This document shows, piece by piece, positions 27,849 to 39,177 of a stretch of 64,000 nucleotides of DNA. Each line of letters begins with the position of its first letter. Position 1 is the stretch's first letter. This DNA comes from Octopus vulgaris (lineage: Eukaryota): contig OX597823.1 of NCBI GenBank assembly GCA_951406725.2, positions 66,774,001 to 66,838,000 of the forward strand. Direction: 5' to 3'. The notes beneath the pieces were generated by a model that saw only the letters and a list, made by a program, of their open reading frames with translations, did no database searches and had not been told where the DNA came from. The translations under genes were made by a program, and so were the position numbers.

Positions 27849-27879
<31 letters not shown>

Positions 27880-27926
27880 CAACAGCAATAACAACAACAA
27901 CAACAACAACGACGACGACGATAATG

Positions 27927-27980
<54 letters not shown>
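27838..27980. repeat. Compound (CAA)(CAG)(GAC)(TAA)n microsatellite
   Basis: Directly visible. Confidence 0.95.
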
Positions 27981-27989
27981 GTGGCTTCA

Positions 27990-28196
27990 AATTTTACCAC
28001 AAGGGCAGCTTTTGGGAGAAGGGGATGAGATGATTACATCGCCCCCCAGTGTTCAACGGGTCCTTAATCTATCGACCTCAAAAGGATGAAAGGAAACGTC
28101 GACCCCGGAGGAATTTGAACTCAGAACGTAGCGACGGGCGAAATACGGCAAAGCCTTTCATTCAGCGTGTTAACGATTCTACCAGATCGCCGCCTT
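27990..28196 (-). mobile_element. SINE family A copy
   Basis: Reverse complement of 26876-27030. Confidence 0.8.
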
Positions 28197-28244
28197 TGTA
28201 ATGATGATAATAATAATAATGATGATGATGATGATGATGATGAT

Positions 28245-28771
28245 GCAGTGGCTCTCATGGCTTCCGATCTTAACTGATTAGAAGTACTATTATTTTGTCT
28301 TGGTATAAACGATGGGCTACAGCAAATATTCTGCTCAATACCATAGATTTGCTTGTCAGTTGTTTGACATTAACCAGTTGAGCATGTCCCTTAGTGGCTG
28401 ATGATATGCGCATCTCTGATCTCGAGCAGAACTAATGGAGACGCATCATAGCTATGTGTTGTGAGAAATTCTTTGGAGTTTGAATACTTCACTTCTGGAA
28501 ACTTGGGTGTTTCGATCAACATCCTAAAACAACCCTTATTCAGGGAGCTTTTGAATGGGATGAGCTACTCGACTTGATGAACATTCTAACTGGACTCCAC
28601 CTGCAAGGTCATGCGCTATTTATCTTGATATGAGATAGCCATGTTGCGTACATATGGTTGTGATGCATGTGCCTGGTGTACTCTTATCAGACGAGTTGTC
28701 ATGATGGGTATAATGGACTTCGTTTATTTTATCCCAGTTTCACTTTGATGGCATGCACTGCTCTCTCACTC
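28245..28771 (+). mobile_element. Non-coding element of about 550 bp embedded in (TAA)/(TGA)n, copy 1 (5'-clipped)
   Basis: Colinear with 30096-30653 and ends in ctctctcactc-(AAT)n. Strand is assumed from the tail. Confidence 0.85.
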
Positions 28772-28961
28772 AATAATAATAACAACAACAACAAGGTTGT
28801 TGGTGTCTTTGTGACTGACAAAGACTGTACAAATCCCCAGTACACACAAAATCTTCAACCTACCACATCGCAATATAGTATATGATGTATGACGTCACAG
28901 ATAATAATAAAAATAATGATAATGATAACGATTAAGATGATGGTGATGATGATGGTGATGG

Positions 28962-28993
<32 letters not shown>

Positions 28994-28999
28994 GCAAGA

Positions 29000-29790
29000 G
29001 ACCTCTCCAATTCCTGTTCTAACCGACTCACACGTCTATGCTTACAAAAATCACTCTTGTGATTTTCGCAATTGTCACCCACCTTTCAACAAATTGACTC
29101 GACGACAGTTTCTCCTTCTCCATCCTCATTTTCCTTTTCAAGGAAGCCCTTACGCGCTCCCTTTTTCAAGGTAGCGCCTACACGTTCACCCACGCCGAGA
29201 ATTCTTGCAGTAAATTGACTACGTGACCATTTGAAGGCATTCCTTCACAAGAAAATAAAATAAGAGAAGCTTCAACATAATCATGCAAGACGCCAGTGAG
29301 GCGATATATGCTGATGGAAGTGCTGTAAGTATTTGCCAGCCATGCCTGGCCTGTCAGGGACAAATTTTCTCTCTATTTCTGAATATGACTGGTCACCTTA
29401 TTCGTTATCTCACAAAGTTATTATCCACCTGGAAGTCGGGACGGAACCAGACCCCAAGAAGTTAAGTGTTCCGACAGAGCATGGAACTGATACTGTAGGT
29501 TACCATTCGCAAGCCAACTAACTAGTTGGTGTTGGTTTCGGTTTCCGCAACAAACTCGTATTCCTTTAGAAAGTTGCCGACCGTCTCCACTTCAGTGACT
29601 TATGGTACTATGATGCTGACATGGTCCGCGCACGTTGTAAATATTAAATGCAGAAGACGGACCAATCAAGCGTGCAATACATAACGGTTTCGTTAGGAGG
29701 CCGTTTACTTTGACCAGCAAGCAGATGCCACTGTGCTTTACAGTGATCCAGCTGTTTTCAAGACGGCTTCTACATAGTGGTCAAGACTAC
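29000..29790 (-). pseudogene. Tx1/L1-like LINE reverse transcriptase remnant, internally deleted
   Basis: Minus strand gives LDHYVEAVLKTAG, VNGLLTKPLCIAR, CADHVSIIV (YADD-equivalent), LKEYEFV, LLGVWFRPDFQV, LSLTGQAWLANTY..IYRLT and LKRKMRMEKEKLSSSQFVERW in RT-to-C-terminus order, with stops and frameshifts. Confidence 0.75.
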
Positions 29791-29791
29791 T

Positions 29792-29978
29792 AAAGGCACA
29801 AGGGCTGAAATTTTGGGGTTGAGGACTAGTCGATTACGTCGACCCTCCTTAATTTATCAATCCGGAAATAATGAAAAGCAAAGCCAACCACGACGGGATT
29901 TGAACTGACAATGTAAAGACTGACAAAATGCCGCTAAGTACTTTCTCTAGCGTTCCAACATTTCTGCCATCACGCTTA
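29792..29978 (-). mobile_element. SINE family A, diverged copy
   Basis: Contains aaggcacaagggctgaaatttt and gatttgaactgacaatgtaaagac. Confidence 0.7.
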
Positions 29979-29982
29979 TACG

Positions 29983-30032
<50 letters not shown>

Positions 30033-30095
30033 TATAATGATGATGCTGATGATAATAATAATAATAATGATAATAATAATAATAATAATAATAAT

Positions 30096-30653
30096 AAATG
30101 CCCTGATGCAGTACCAGGCAGTGGCTCTCATGGCTTCTGATCTTAACTGATTGGAAGTGTTATCATGTACATTGTTTTGTCTTGGTAGAAAATATGTGCT
30201 ACAGCAAATATTCTGCTGAATACCACAGGTTTGCTTGTCAGTTATTTGACCTAAACCAGTTGAGCATGTCCCTTAGTGGCCGACGATATGTGCATCTCTG
30301 ATCACGAGCAGAAGTAGTGGAGGAGCATCATAGCCATGTGTTGAGAGGGATTCTTTGGGGTTTGAATAATTCACCTCTGGAAACATGGGTGGTTCTTTCA
30401 ACATCCTTAAACAACCCTTATTCAGGGACCTTTTGAGCGGGATGGGCTACTCAACCTGAAGAAAATTCTAACTGGGCCCCACCTGCAAGGTCATGTGCGG
30501 TTTATCTTGATATGAGATCACCATGTCGCGCACATATGGTTGTGATGCATGTGCCTGGTGTACCCTTATCAGACGGGTAGTCCTGATGGGTATATTGGGC
30601 TTCGTATATTTTACCCCAGTGTCACTTTGATGGCATGCACTGCTCTCTCACTC
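30096..30653 (+). mobile_element. Non-coding element of about 550 bp embedded in (TAA)n, copy 2 (longer)
   Basis: Runs from aaatgccctgatgcagtaccaggcagtggctc to ctctctcactc, with (TAA)n on both sides (29985-30095 and 30654-30705). Confidence 0.85.
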
Positions 30654-30705
<52 letters not shown>

Positions 30706-30857
30706 TTGCGTAGCACTGCACACATCCTACGCAAAACACTTTCAATACAGTAACCATCAGAGCATCACGACAAACCACAGCACATACCCAAGGCACACAC
30801 AGCTGCGCTCGGTTGTGAAGTAAAAGCATGCTATAAAAATAAAACTACTGAATAATG

Positions 30858-30931
<74 letters not shown>

Positions 30932-30944
30932 CAACAAGAATCCT

Positions 30945-31040
30945 TCACTAAAGGCACAAGGCCTGGAATTTGGCGGGAGGCGACCAGTCGATTGCATTGA
31001 CATCAGTGTTTCACTGGTACATAATTTATCGATCCCGAAA
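30945..31040 (-). mobile_element. SINE family A, 3' half only
   Basis: Contains aaggcacaaggcctggaatttgg and ctggtacataatttatcgatcccgaaa. Confidence 0.65.
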
Positions 31041-31798
31041 TAATAACAAAAGAACGGCACTAAAATTATGGCATCAGAAACACGTGTAGGTATAAGAGTT
31101 GTATACCACGATTTACAAAAGAATCACAATGACATAAATCATTATTATAATTTATTTAAAAGTTGTATTGTTCTATGCATGTAGTTTTGAGAAAGAAATT
31201 TTTATATTCGTATGTTTTTGTATGTTTTGTTTTCAAATTAACTATTTATTACTCAAATTTCAAAATACCGATTGAAGAGCATCCCCAAAAACCAAAGAAA
31301 CTTAAATTTAAAAATAGAGAAAGGGTAAGAGAGTTAGAATACATAAGCTAATGTAAAGATGTTTTCCTCAGCAATACAGAAAGAAAGAACATGTTTACAC
31401 GGGAAACAATAAAATATATGTTCATGCTATGCACTTTAATAGCTTAAAAATAAAACGGCAAAACTGCTTAACATTTTTAATTTAGATTTCCAATTTATAG
31501 CTGTAGTGATATCCGCTAAAAAGTAAATAATTGTCATAAGAATAAACACAAGCTTCAATTACATGCCTTTAAGGTAGGTATAATATGAGAGCTACGTTAG
31601 AGAATGGAAATGTTTGCTAAAAATGATTTTCCTGCCAAACAATCATGAATGTGTTGCATAGGAAATCGTTTTTAAATAACTTGTAGATCGTGACACCAAT
31701 TTAATTGGATGGCGATGATGTGAGCATACATCTGTAAGAAAAGAATACCAGTCATCTTTTTGTGTTTTGAAGAAATGTGCTTTCACATAGGTATGTAA

Positions 31799-31865
<67 letters not shown>

Positions 31866-32292
31866 CACACACAAACATTTATGTATATACACATACATAC
31901 ATATTTATATATACGTGTATATATGAATACATGTATATGTACACATATATCCAGTATGAACACAAACATATATGCATATTCACACATACATTTATACAGA
32001 TATGTATGTAAATGTACATAAATACGCGTGTATACATATATATATATATACACGCATATATATATATGTATGTATGTGTGCGTGTGTGTAGATATGTGGG
32101 TACGTGTATATATATATGCGTATATATGTGTGTATACACACATATATATATATTCTGTCATTCTTCTAACTACTTTCTCTCTCTCTCTCTTTCTCTCTCC
32201 CTATGTAGCTATCTCTATCTCTTTCTCAGTCGCCCACCTTAAATATACATTTATGTGTGTGTGTGTGTGTGTATGCATATGTATGAAACGTA

Positions 32293-32433
32293 GGCGTAGG
32301 TGTGTGGTAAAAAGCTTCCCAACCACATGGTTCCGGTTTCAGTTCCACTGCGTGTGGCACCTTGCACAAATATCTACAGCTATACCCTCGAGCCAACCAA
32401 GGCATTATGAGTGGATTTGGAAAATGGAAACTG
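32293..32433 (+). mobile_element. SINE family C 5' part (tRNA head plus CORE-like domain)
   Basis: tgtgtggtaaaaagcttcccaaccacatggttccggtttcagttccactgcg; homologous to the copies at 37043 and 42161. Confidence 0.75.
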
Positions 32434-32499
32434 CTTGGTTTTCGCGCCGGATGCTCCAATACGAACATTTTAGCGTTTGGGTCTCAATCTGAGGAGAGT

Positions 32500-33051
32500 G
32501 CAAACTGAGGACATGTACCGAGGGTGATAAAAATCAAACATCCAGTCAACATCATGATGTTTGGAGTGATCACTAGTGATGGCGACATTATGTCTCTATT
32601 CATCTTTCCACAAGGCCTCAGACTCAACCTGGGGGCTTACATCAAGTGCCTAGATGAGGTAGTGCTGCCCTGGGTCAAAAGACGGGCTGCTGCAAGACCC
32701 TATTTCTGGCAACAGAACTCTGCATCATACCACACGAGCTGCCAGACAATTTCTGCGACCACATCACACCTAATATCTGGCCACCTAACTCCACTCACTG
32801 CAACCCACTTCAATATGTGTGGGGCGCAGCATTCACCAACATAAACAGGGCGACCGTCCAGAAGATTTGCAGGAGATTCCCAAGTCGTCTGAAGGCCGTG
32901 GTTTAAGCGAATGACGTGTTATTGTAATAAAATTACTCTTTAGATATTTTCTATATAAATTTGGTAAATATATCTGTTAAAATGAGATATCAGTGTTCTT
33001 TCCAGTATTCTTTCCAATTTAGACGACAGTATATATATTCACTGTACCCTG
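32500..33051 (+). mobile_element. Tc1/mariner-superfamily (DD37D/maT-like) transposon 3' fragment
   Basis: ORF 32524 reads KHPVNIMMFGVITSDG...YIKCLDEVVLPW...YFWQQNSASYHTS, followed by frameshifted HITPNIWPPNS..CNPL. The element ends ...ccctg|TA, as expected for a CAGGG terminal inverted repeat with a TA target. Confidence 0.8.
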
Positions 33052-33109
33052 TATCTATCTGTCTATCTATCTATCTATCTATCTCTCTATCTATCTATCT
33101 ATCTATCTC

Positions 33110-33170
<61 letters not shown>

Positions 33171-33200
33171 ATATCTCTATCTCTTTGTCTATCTATCTAT
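33052..33200. repeat. (TCTA)n microsatellite
   Basis: Directly visible, starting at the transposon's TA target. Confidence 0.95.
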
Positions 33201-33213
33201 ATGCATATATATA

Positions 33214-33564
33214 TATTTTAAAAATATAGATGTATGAAAGAATGGAGTTGAACGACGAATTAACAAAATTCCTTTATTTTCGACATATGTTTCGAAGGCT
33301 GCATATTCCTAATTGCGAAGGAATAAGGAGTACATAATTATATTATCGCTATGAGCTCCGTGTGAGCAATCATCTAAAAGTTTTTTTGTGCATGTTGATG
33401 TTGACATAAGTTCCTTGCTTTTCCTGATGAGAAAGCGGCATAATGTACTCCTTATTCCTTCGCAATTAGGAATATGCAGCCTTCGAAACATATGTCGAAA
33501 ATAAAGGAATTTTGTTAATTCGTCGTTCAACTCCATTCTTTCATATATCTATATTTTTAAAATA
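33214..33564. repeat. 122-bp near-perfect inverted repeat (PLE-type 5' inverted partial pseudo-LTR)
   Basis: 33214-33335 versus 33443-33564, with one mismatch seen and a 107-bp spacer. The element continues to about 33693 and lies between (TA)n tracts. Confidence 0.95.
33411..33509 (+). ncRNA. Type I hammerhead ribozyme with extended stem I
   Basis: ttccttgcttttc-CTGATGA-gaaagcggcata...tatgcagccttc-GAAAC-ATAT-GTC-gaaaataaaggaa. Canonical core, GUC triplet, palindromic stem III (ACATATGT), stem I of 5+6 bp around an internal loop. Confidence 0.8.
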
Positions 33565-33691
33565 AACATACAAATTTCCATACGAAAGCACGTAATCTAT
33601 GCCCTAGGCACGTAACTTCAACCGTGTTTTTTCTGATGTGAATTTGCTACCCAGGTATCGGTTAATTCGAATTTTCCTTAATATATCATTC

Positions 33692-33695
<4 letters not shown>

Positions 33696-33746
<51 letters not shown>

Positions 33747-33841
33747 CTTTCTATGTATTATATAATTTTCCGTCTATGTATCTTCCCCCTCTCTATATAT
33801 ATATATAAGCACAAACATATATGTACCTATCTATCTATCTA

Positions 33842-33889
<48 letters not shown>

Positions 33890-33907
33890 AGAGAGAGAGA
33901 GAGAGAG

Positions 33908-33968
<61 letters not shown>

Positions 33969-34012
33969 TGCAGATTCACCTATACAAACACATACACATA
34001 CAAATATATGGA

Positions 34013-34066
<54 letters not shown>

Positions 34067-34078
34067 CATACATATATA
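33696..34078. repeat. Cluster of (TA)n, (GA)n and (GATA)n microsatellites
   Basis: Directly visible. Confidence 0.95.
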
Positions 34079-34337
34079 TTGTATGTTTTTATACATGCAT
34101 ACAGTCACACATATATATATGTTGTACATTAACAAAATTACATGTACTTCCTGTAATCAATAAAATTAAACGCATTTTATTATCAATTAATTAATTAATT
34201 AGTTAATTAGTTAATTAATTAATTTATTTATTTCATGATTTATATATTTATTTGTTCGCTTGTCATCTTGCTATGCCAAACAAAAGTGGCATTTTGAATT
34301 ATTTCCCAGAGACAATTGTATTATTAATATGGTATAT

Positions 34338-34470
34338 CCCGCCGAAGTCGACTTTGCCATTCATCCCTCCGGGGTCGATAAATTAAATACCAGTTGCGTT
34401 CTAGGGTCGATCTAATGGACCGGTCCCCTCCCCAAAAATTTTGGGCCTTTTGCCTAGAATAGAAAATAAT
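34338..34470 (+). mobile_element. SINE family A, 5'-truncated
   Basis: Runs from cgccgaagtcgactttgccattcatccctccggggtcgataaattaa to gcctagaatagaaaat. Confidence 0.8.
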
Positions 34471-34987
34471 ATTGTGTAGATCTGAAAGTGTATGGTACAG
34501 CGTAATTGTGTATGGATTGTGCTTGTTATCTATTCATGCTTACATTTTTACATGCACAAACACACACACAGTTACCCATTTACCGTTACGTCTATACGAA
34601 AACGAAAACGTCAGTGTATGTCATGAATCGTTGTCGTCCGATGATTAGTTGTCCGGCTTACTGGAGTAGCTGCACCTGTATAAACGTGTGTGCATTTCGG
34701 CATTCCATGAGCATGTGTGTACGTAACTTAACACTCAGTCATAATCCGCGTGGCACTGAGTACGAAGGCTAGAGCTGTAGAGAATACATTTTAGTAAAGA
34801 ATCCACTGTGTACAAACTTAATGGCCAGGAGATTAGCTTTTTAAACCCCTTGCCATAATATGCTTGCTTGTGTATGCATATAGACTTATACATATATTAG
34901 TACACATCCAAATGCACGCACGCACGCACACACTTCTGTGCAGTAATGATACATCATATTTATGTTTTTACCATAAAAAGTGCATGC

Positions 34988-35037
<50 letters not shown>

Positions 35038-35122
35038 ACATACATGTATATAATTTTTTTCCGTAATGAGATAAAATATCAAGGCTGTGTAGATTTTAGA
35101 ACCTGGTACAAGTAAAGTATAA

Positions 35123-35157
<35 letters not shown>

Positions 35158-35445
35158 GGAGGCGCAATGGCCCAGTGGTTAGGGCAGCGGACTCGCGGTC
35201 GTAGGAAGGCGTTGTGTGTGTTTATTGAGCGAAAACACCTAAAAGCTCCACGACGTCCGGCAGGGGGTGGTGATCCCTGCTGTACTCTTTCACCACTCTT
35301 TCTCTCACTCTTTCGTCTGTTGACCTGCTCGCTTAGCCAGCGGGGTGGCGTCATTCGAAGGCTAAAACAATGCGAACGCATTGTGACCAGCGATGTGTAG
35401 CAACATCTGATGGTCTGGTCGGTCACGTGATCACGTGACGTGATA
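35158..35445 (+). mobile_element. SINE family B copy with an internal deletion removing the B box
   Basis: Head matches 35537 but lacks tcgcggtttcgattcccagacc; the tail ends in gtcacgtgatcacgtgac. Confidence 0.85.
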
Positions 35446-35536
35446 TACATACATACATACATACATACAGAGAAATAGAGGGTGAGAGAATCAGCGACAG
35501 GAACAGAGAAACATATGTTCAATAGATGCACATCGT

Positions 35537-35758
35537 GGAGGCGCAATGGCCTAGTGGTTAGGGCAGCGGACTTGCGGTCGGAGGATCGCGGTTTCGATTC
35601 CCAGACCGGGCGTTGTGTGTGTTTATTGAGCGAAAACACCTAAAAGCTCCACGAGGCTCCGGCAGGAGGTGGTGATCCCTGCTATACTCTTTCACCACTC
35701 TAAAAAAGGCGGTGCTCCAGCATGGCCGCAGTCAAATGACTGAAACAAGTACAGAAAA
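35537..35758 (+). mobile_element. SINE family B head and body joined to the family C tail
   Basis: Intact A and B boxes up to 35700, then aaggcggtgctccagcatggccgcagtcaaatgactgaaacaagta, as at 37445-37495 and 42539-42585. Confidence 0.8.
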
Positions 35759-35842
35759 AAAAATACATAACATATAATATATATATAAATACAAATAGAT
35801 ATACACACGTGCACATAGGACGCAAATACGTTTATGAAGAAT

Positions 35843-37025
35843 GAAATGGAACAAGAACGCGCAGCAGACGACAATTTATATATATATTTATAAATGGAGC
35901 AAGAACGCGCAACATACGACAATTTAACATACGTACGGATAGATGATGCGAAGATGGACAGGAAAAAACAAGGATTTGTTATTTGCAAGTTCCGCTCATC
36001 AGTCAAGATACCAAATTATCCTTTTCAGTTTCGGGCAGTTACACTTGAGACTCTTCAAATCTAGCTGCCCCTAAAAATCTAAGCTAAGAGCATTAAATAT
36101 TTTGAGAGAAAGCAAGCGAATGTGTACGATAATAAAGACAAAAGTGAGAAATGGAGAACATTTTACACAATTACAAATACAAACAACAAGAAAATAGCAA
36201 CAGGTGTCTTTCAACTAATAAAGACGAATCAAGTTGAGCTAGCGTGTATAGAATAAAAGACTTTAACATAAGAGATGAAATACAAGAGACAGGAATATCA
36301 GAGATGCTTCGCGGCTGGCAGTTAAGCCAAGAGAGATCATGCTTGGTCGAACACCGGTTACGTCGAAGGAAAAAAAGAGAGATAAGAGGCAGAGGGATTG
36401 AAGGATTAGGTGGGGAGAAAAAGAGGAAATCGAAGTGACATAGAGAAAGGTACAAGGCCGATAAACGAGGAGGGAAGATAGGAATTAAAGAAATTAATTA
36501 AAGATAGGAATTAAAGAAAGGTAGGAATTAAAGAAAGTATGAGGGGGACTAGAAGAAAGAGTAAAAGATTCGTACAAAATTTAGATACATACTTAGTTTC
36601 AAGGTGAGCATAAGTGTACGTACGTCGCTATATGTACATATAATTTTTTTTTTAAATGGAACAATAACGCGACAGACAATAAAACATCCAGAGATATAAG
36701 CGATACCAAGTGGAACAGGAAAAACAATAAAAAGACGGACAGGAAAAACTAGGACGGGTCATTCACAAGTTCTTCTCATCATTTAAGTTACAAAATTATC
36801 CATCACAGTTTCGAACAGTTACAATTGAGACTGTTCAAACCTGACTGCCCCTAAGAATCTAAGCTAGGAGCATTAAATTTTGGGAGAGAAATCAAGCGAA
36901 TGTGTACAATAAAGACAGAAAACTGAGAATATATTATACAATTACACATACAAACAACAAGAAAATAACAACAGGTGTCTCTTGACAAATAAAGACATAT
37001 CAAATTGAACTGGTGTGTATAGAGT
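35843..37025. repeat. Two diverged direct copies of a roughly 400-bp non-coding repeat (35843-36255 and 36654-37022)
   Basis: Shared blocks aaatggaacaa.aacgcg, ggacaggaaaaa, ctgcccctaa.aatctaagcta.gagcattaaat and caagaaaata.caacaggtgtct. Confidence 0.8.
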
Positions 37026-37042
37026 GGTGTGTATATATACAT

Positions 37043-37507
37043 GTGGCTGTGTGGTAATGAGTTTACATTCCAGCCACATGGTTCCCGTTCAGTCCCATTG
37101 CGTGACACCTTGGGCAAGTGTCTCCTACTATAGCTTCGGTCCGACCAAGTCCTTGCGGGTGGATTTGGTAGACGAGAACTTAAAGACCGTCGTATATATA
37201 TCTATATATATGTATATATATATATATATATGCATATTTATGTGTGTGCGTGTGTTTGTGCGTACGTGTGTGTGTGCGTGCTCTCGCCTGTGTGGGTACG
37301 TGTGTGCGTATGTCTGCCCACCATCATTTGACAACTGGTGCTGGTGTATGTCCCCCGTATCCTGCCGGTTCATCAAAAGAGCCCTATAGAATAAGCACGA
37401 GGCTTACAAAGTCCGGGGTCGATTTGTTGGACTAAAATCCTTTAAGGTGGGACTCCAGCATGGCTGCAGGCAAATGACTGAAACGAGGAAAAGAGTAGAG
37501 TAACAGA
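37043..37507 (+). mobile_element. SINE family C with internal (TA)/(TG) microsatellite
   Basis: tRNA-like head, CORE-like caccttgggcaagtg, internal microsatellite, and tail ctccagcatggctgcaggcaaatgactgaaac. Confidence 0.85.
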
Positions 37508-37999
37508 ATATATTTGTTTAAATGTGTGTATTTACGCATGTATACATACTTCTGTATTACACGACCGGGTTAAGGCGGAAAGAGACCCCAAGCACTTGAA
37601 ATATTTTTGTGCTCCCATGTATATGAAACTTCAAATAGAAAAACAATGAGAAACCGTAAATTTTTCTTACAGCTTCTTTTTTGTTTTGTTTTTTAGAATG
37701 AAACAATACTAAGAGTTAGATGGAAGCTAATGTTTATTTCTGTATATTTTATATTTAGAAAAAGTTTTCTACTTTTTTTTTTTTATATTTGCAAAATCTT
37801 TGATCAGATCGTCGCTATGACATCGTGAACACTTCGAAATTATATTTCCGATCATATAAACCACTTCGAATATTATCTTAGCAAGTTTATAGATATTTCT
37901 TTTGTGCCATTCCTACGCTTCAAACGTGTGCATTTTTGTATGTGCGCATATATACATATACTTACGTACACACACACACACACACACACACAGACACAC

Positions 38000-38049
<50 letters not shown>

Positions 38050-38059
38050 ATATATATGT

Positions 38060-38138
<79 letters not shown>

Positions 38139-38702
38139 CACGCGCAAATATAGTGTATATATGCATAATATATGAACAATAACTATATAATAGGCTGATG
38201 GAAGCTGAATGCCTGAAATGAATCAGAATTAATCCAGTGAAATCACATATCAATATATTGGCAGATATTTAAATAATGACTGGGTATTTTATATACTTGG
38301 CATGAAGATCTGTAAAGAAATGTAAATTTGGTTGGGAAATTATGCATCTCACATTATTATATTTACAATTGCTTCACCTCAAAATTATGTTATAACGGCA
38401 TTATGCGTTAGTAAATATTAGCTGCAAACAACAATAGAGAAGCGTGTGCAGTCGAACACACATACACACATGTGCCCATACCGTTGGAGAGGTAATAGGA
38501 TGTGTTACGAAAGGTTTCAGACAAAGGACAACAAAAATAAGAACAATGAGAAATCTGAAGTGAAGAACGAATATATGGTGCATGTGCTTATTTGGCAAAA
38601 ATATAAAAACAATCACGAAATATAACAATATCTGTTGAAACACACGATTTCATATCAGCATTCTTGCAAAAGAAACACATAGACCTGTATTCATATACAT
38701 AC

Positions 38703-38748
<46 letters not shown>

Positions 38749-39177
38749 TTTTGTAGAAAAACATAAAACCTGAGAAGCACACTCTAAGTAGTACAGCAGT
38801 CTGTATTTACTACTGGTGAAGGTTTATAGAAACTCTGGGTTTCTCGCCATAAAAGTACTCTTTATGGCGTATCTTTGGGCCCTAACACCTGTTGGCCTAT
38901 AGCCTCTTTAAAATATGGAGAGGGAAATGGTACAGATATAAACTATAGGGGTTATCTCCTTCTGCTGCTGGTCAATGGCCTCCGGCTGTGTCGTCGTCCT
39001 TCAGCTACGCAACCTGTTGGCTATGAGTGTAAAAGGTAGGGGGTTCTCGCCTACTCTCATAAGCAATCAATTTCCAGCTTTTATCGCTATTACACGGTTC
39101 CCAAAACGCTAAAAAGAATCTCCTGAAATGCAAGCACGGCCCGAAAATCTCAGTTCTGGAGAACTGAGCTTTGTCAC

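Noticed and set aside
38812-38845. Hammerhead-like CTGGTGA...GAAAC
   Set aside because: Core A6 is altered and neither stem I nor stem II can form.
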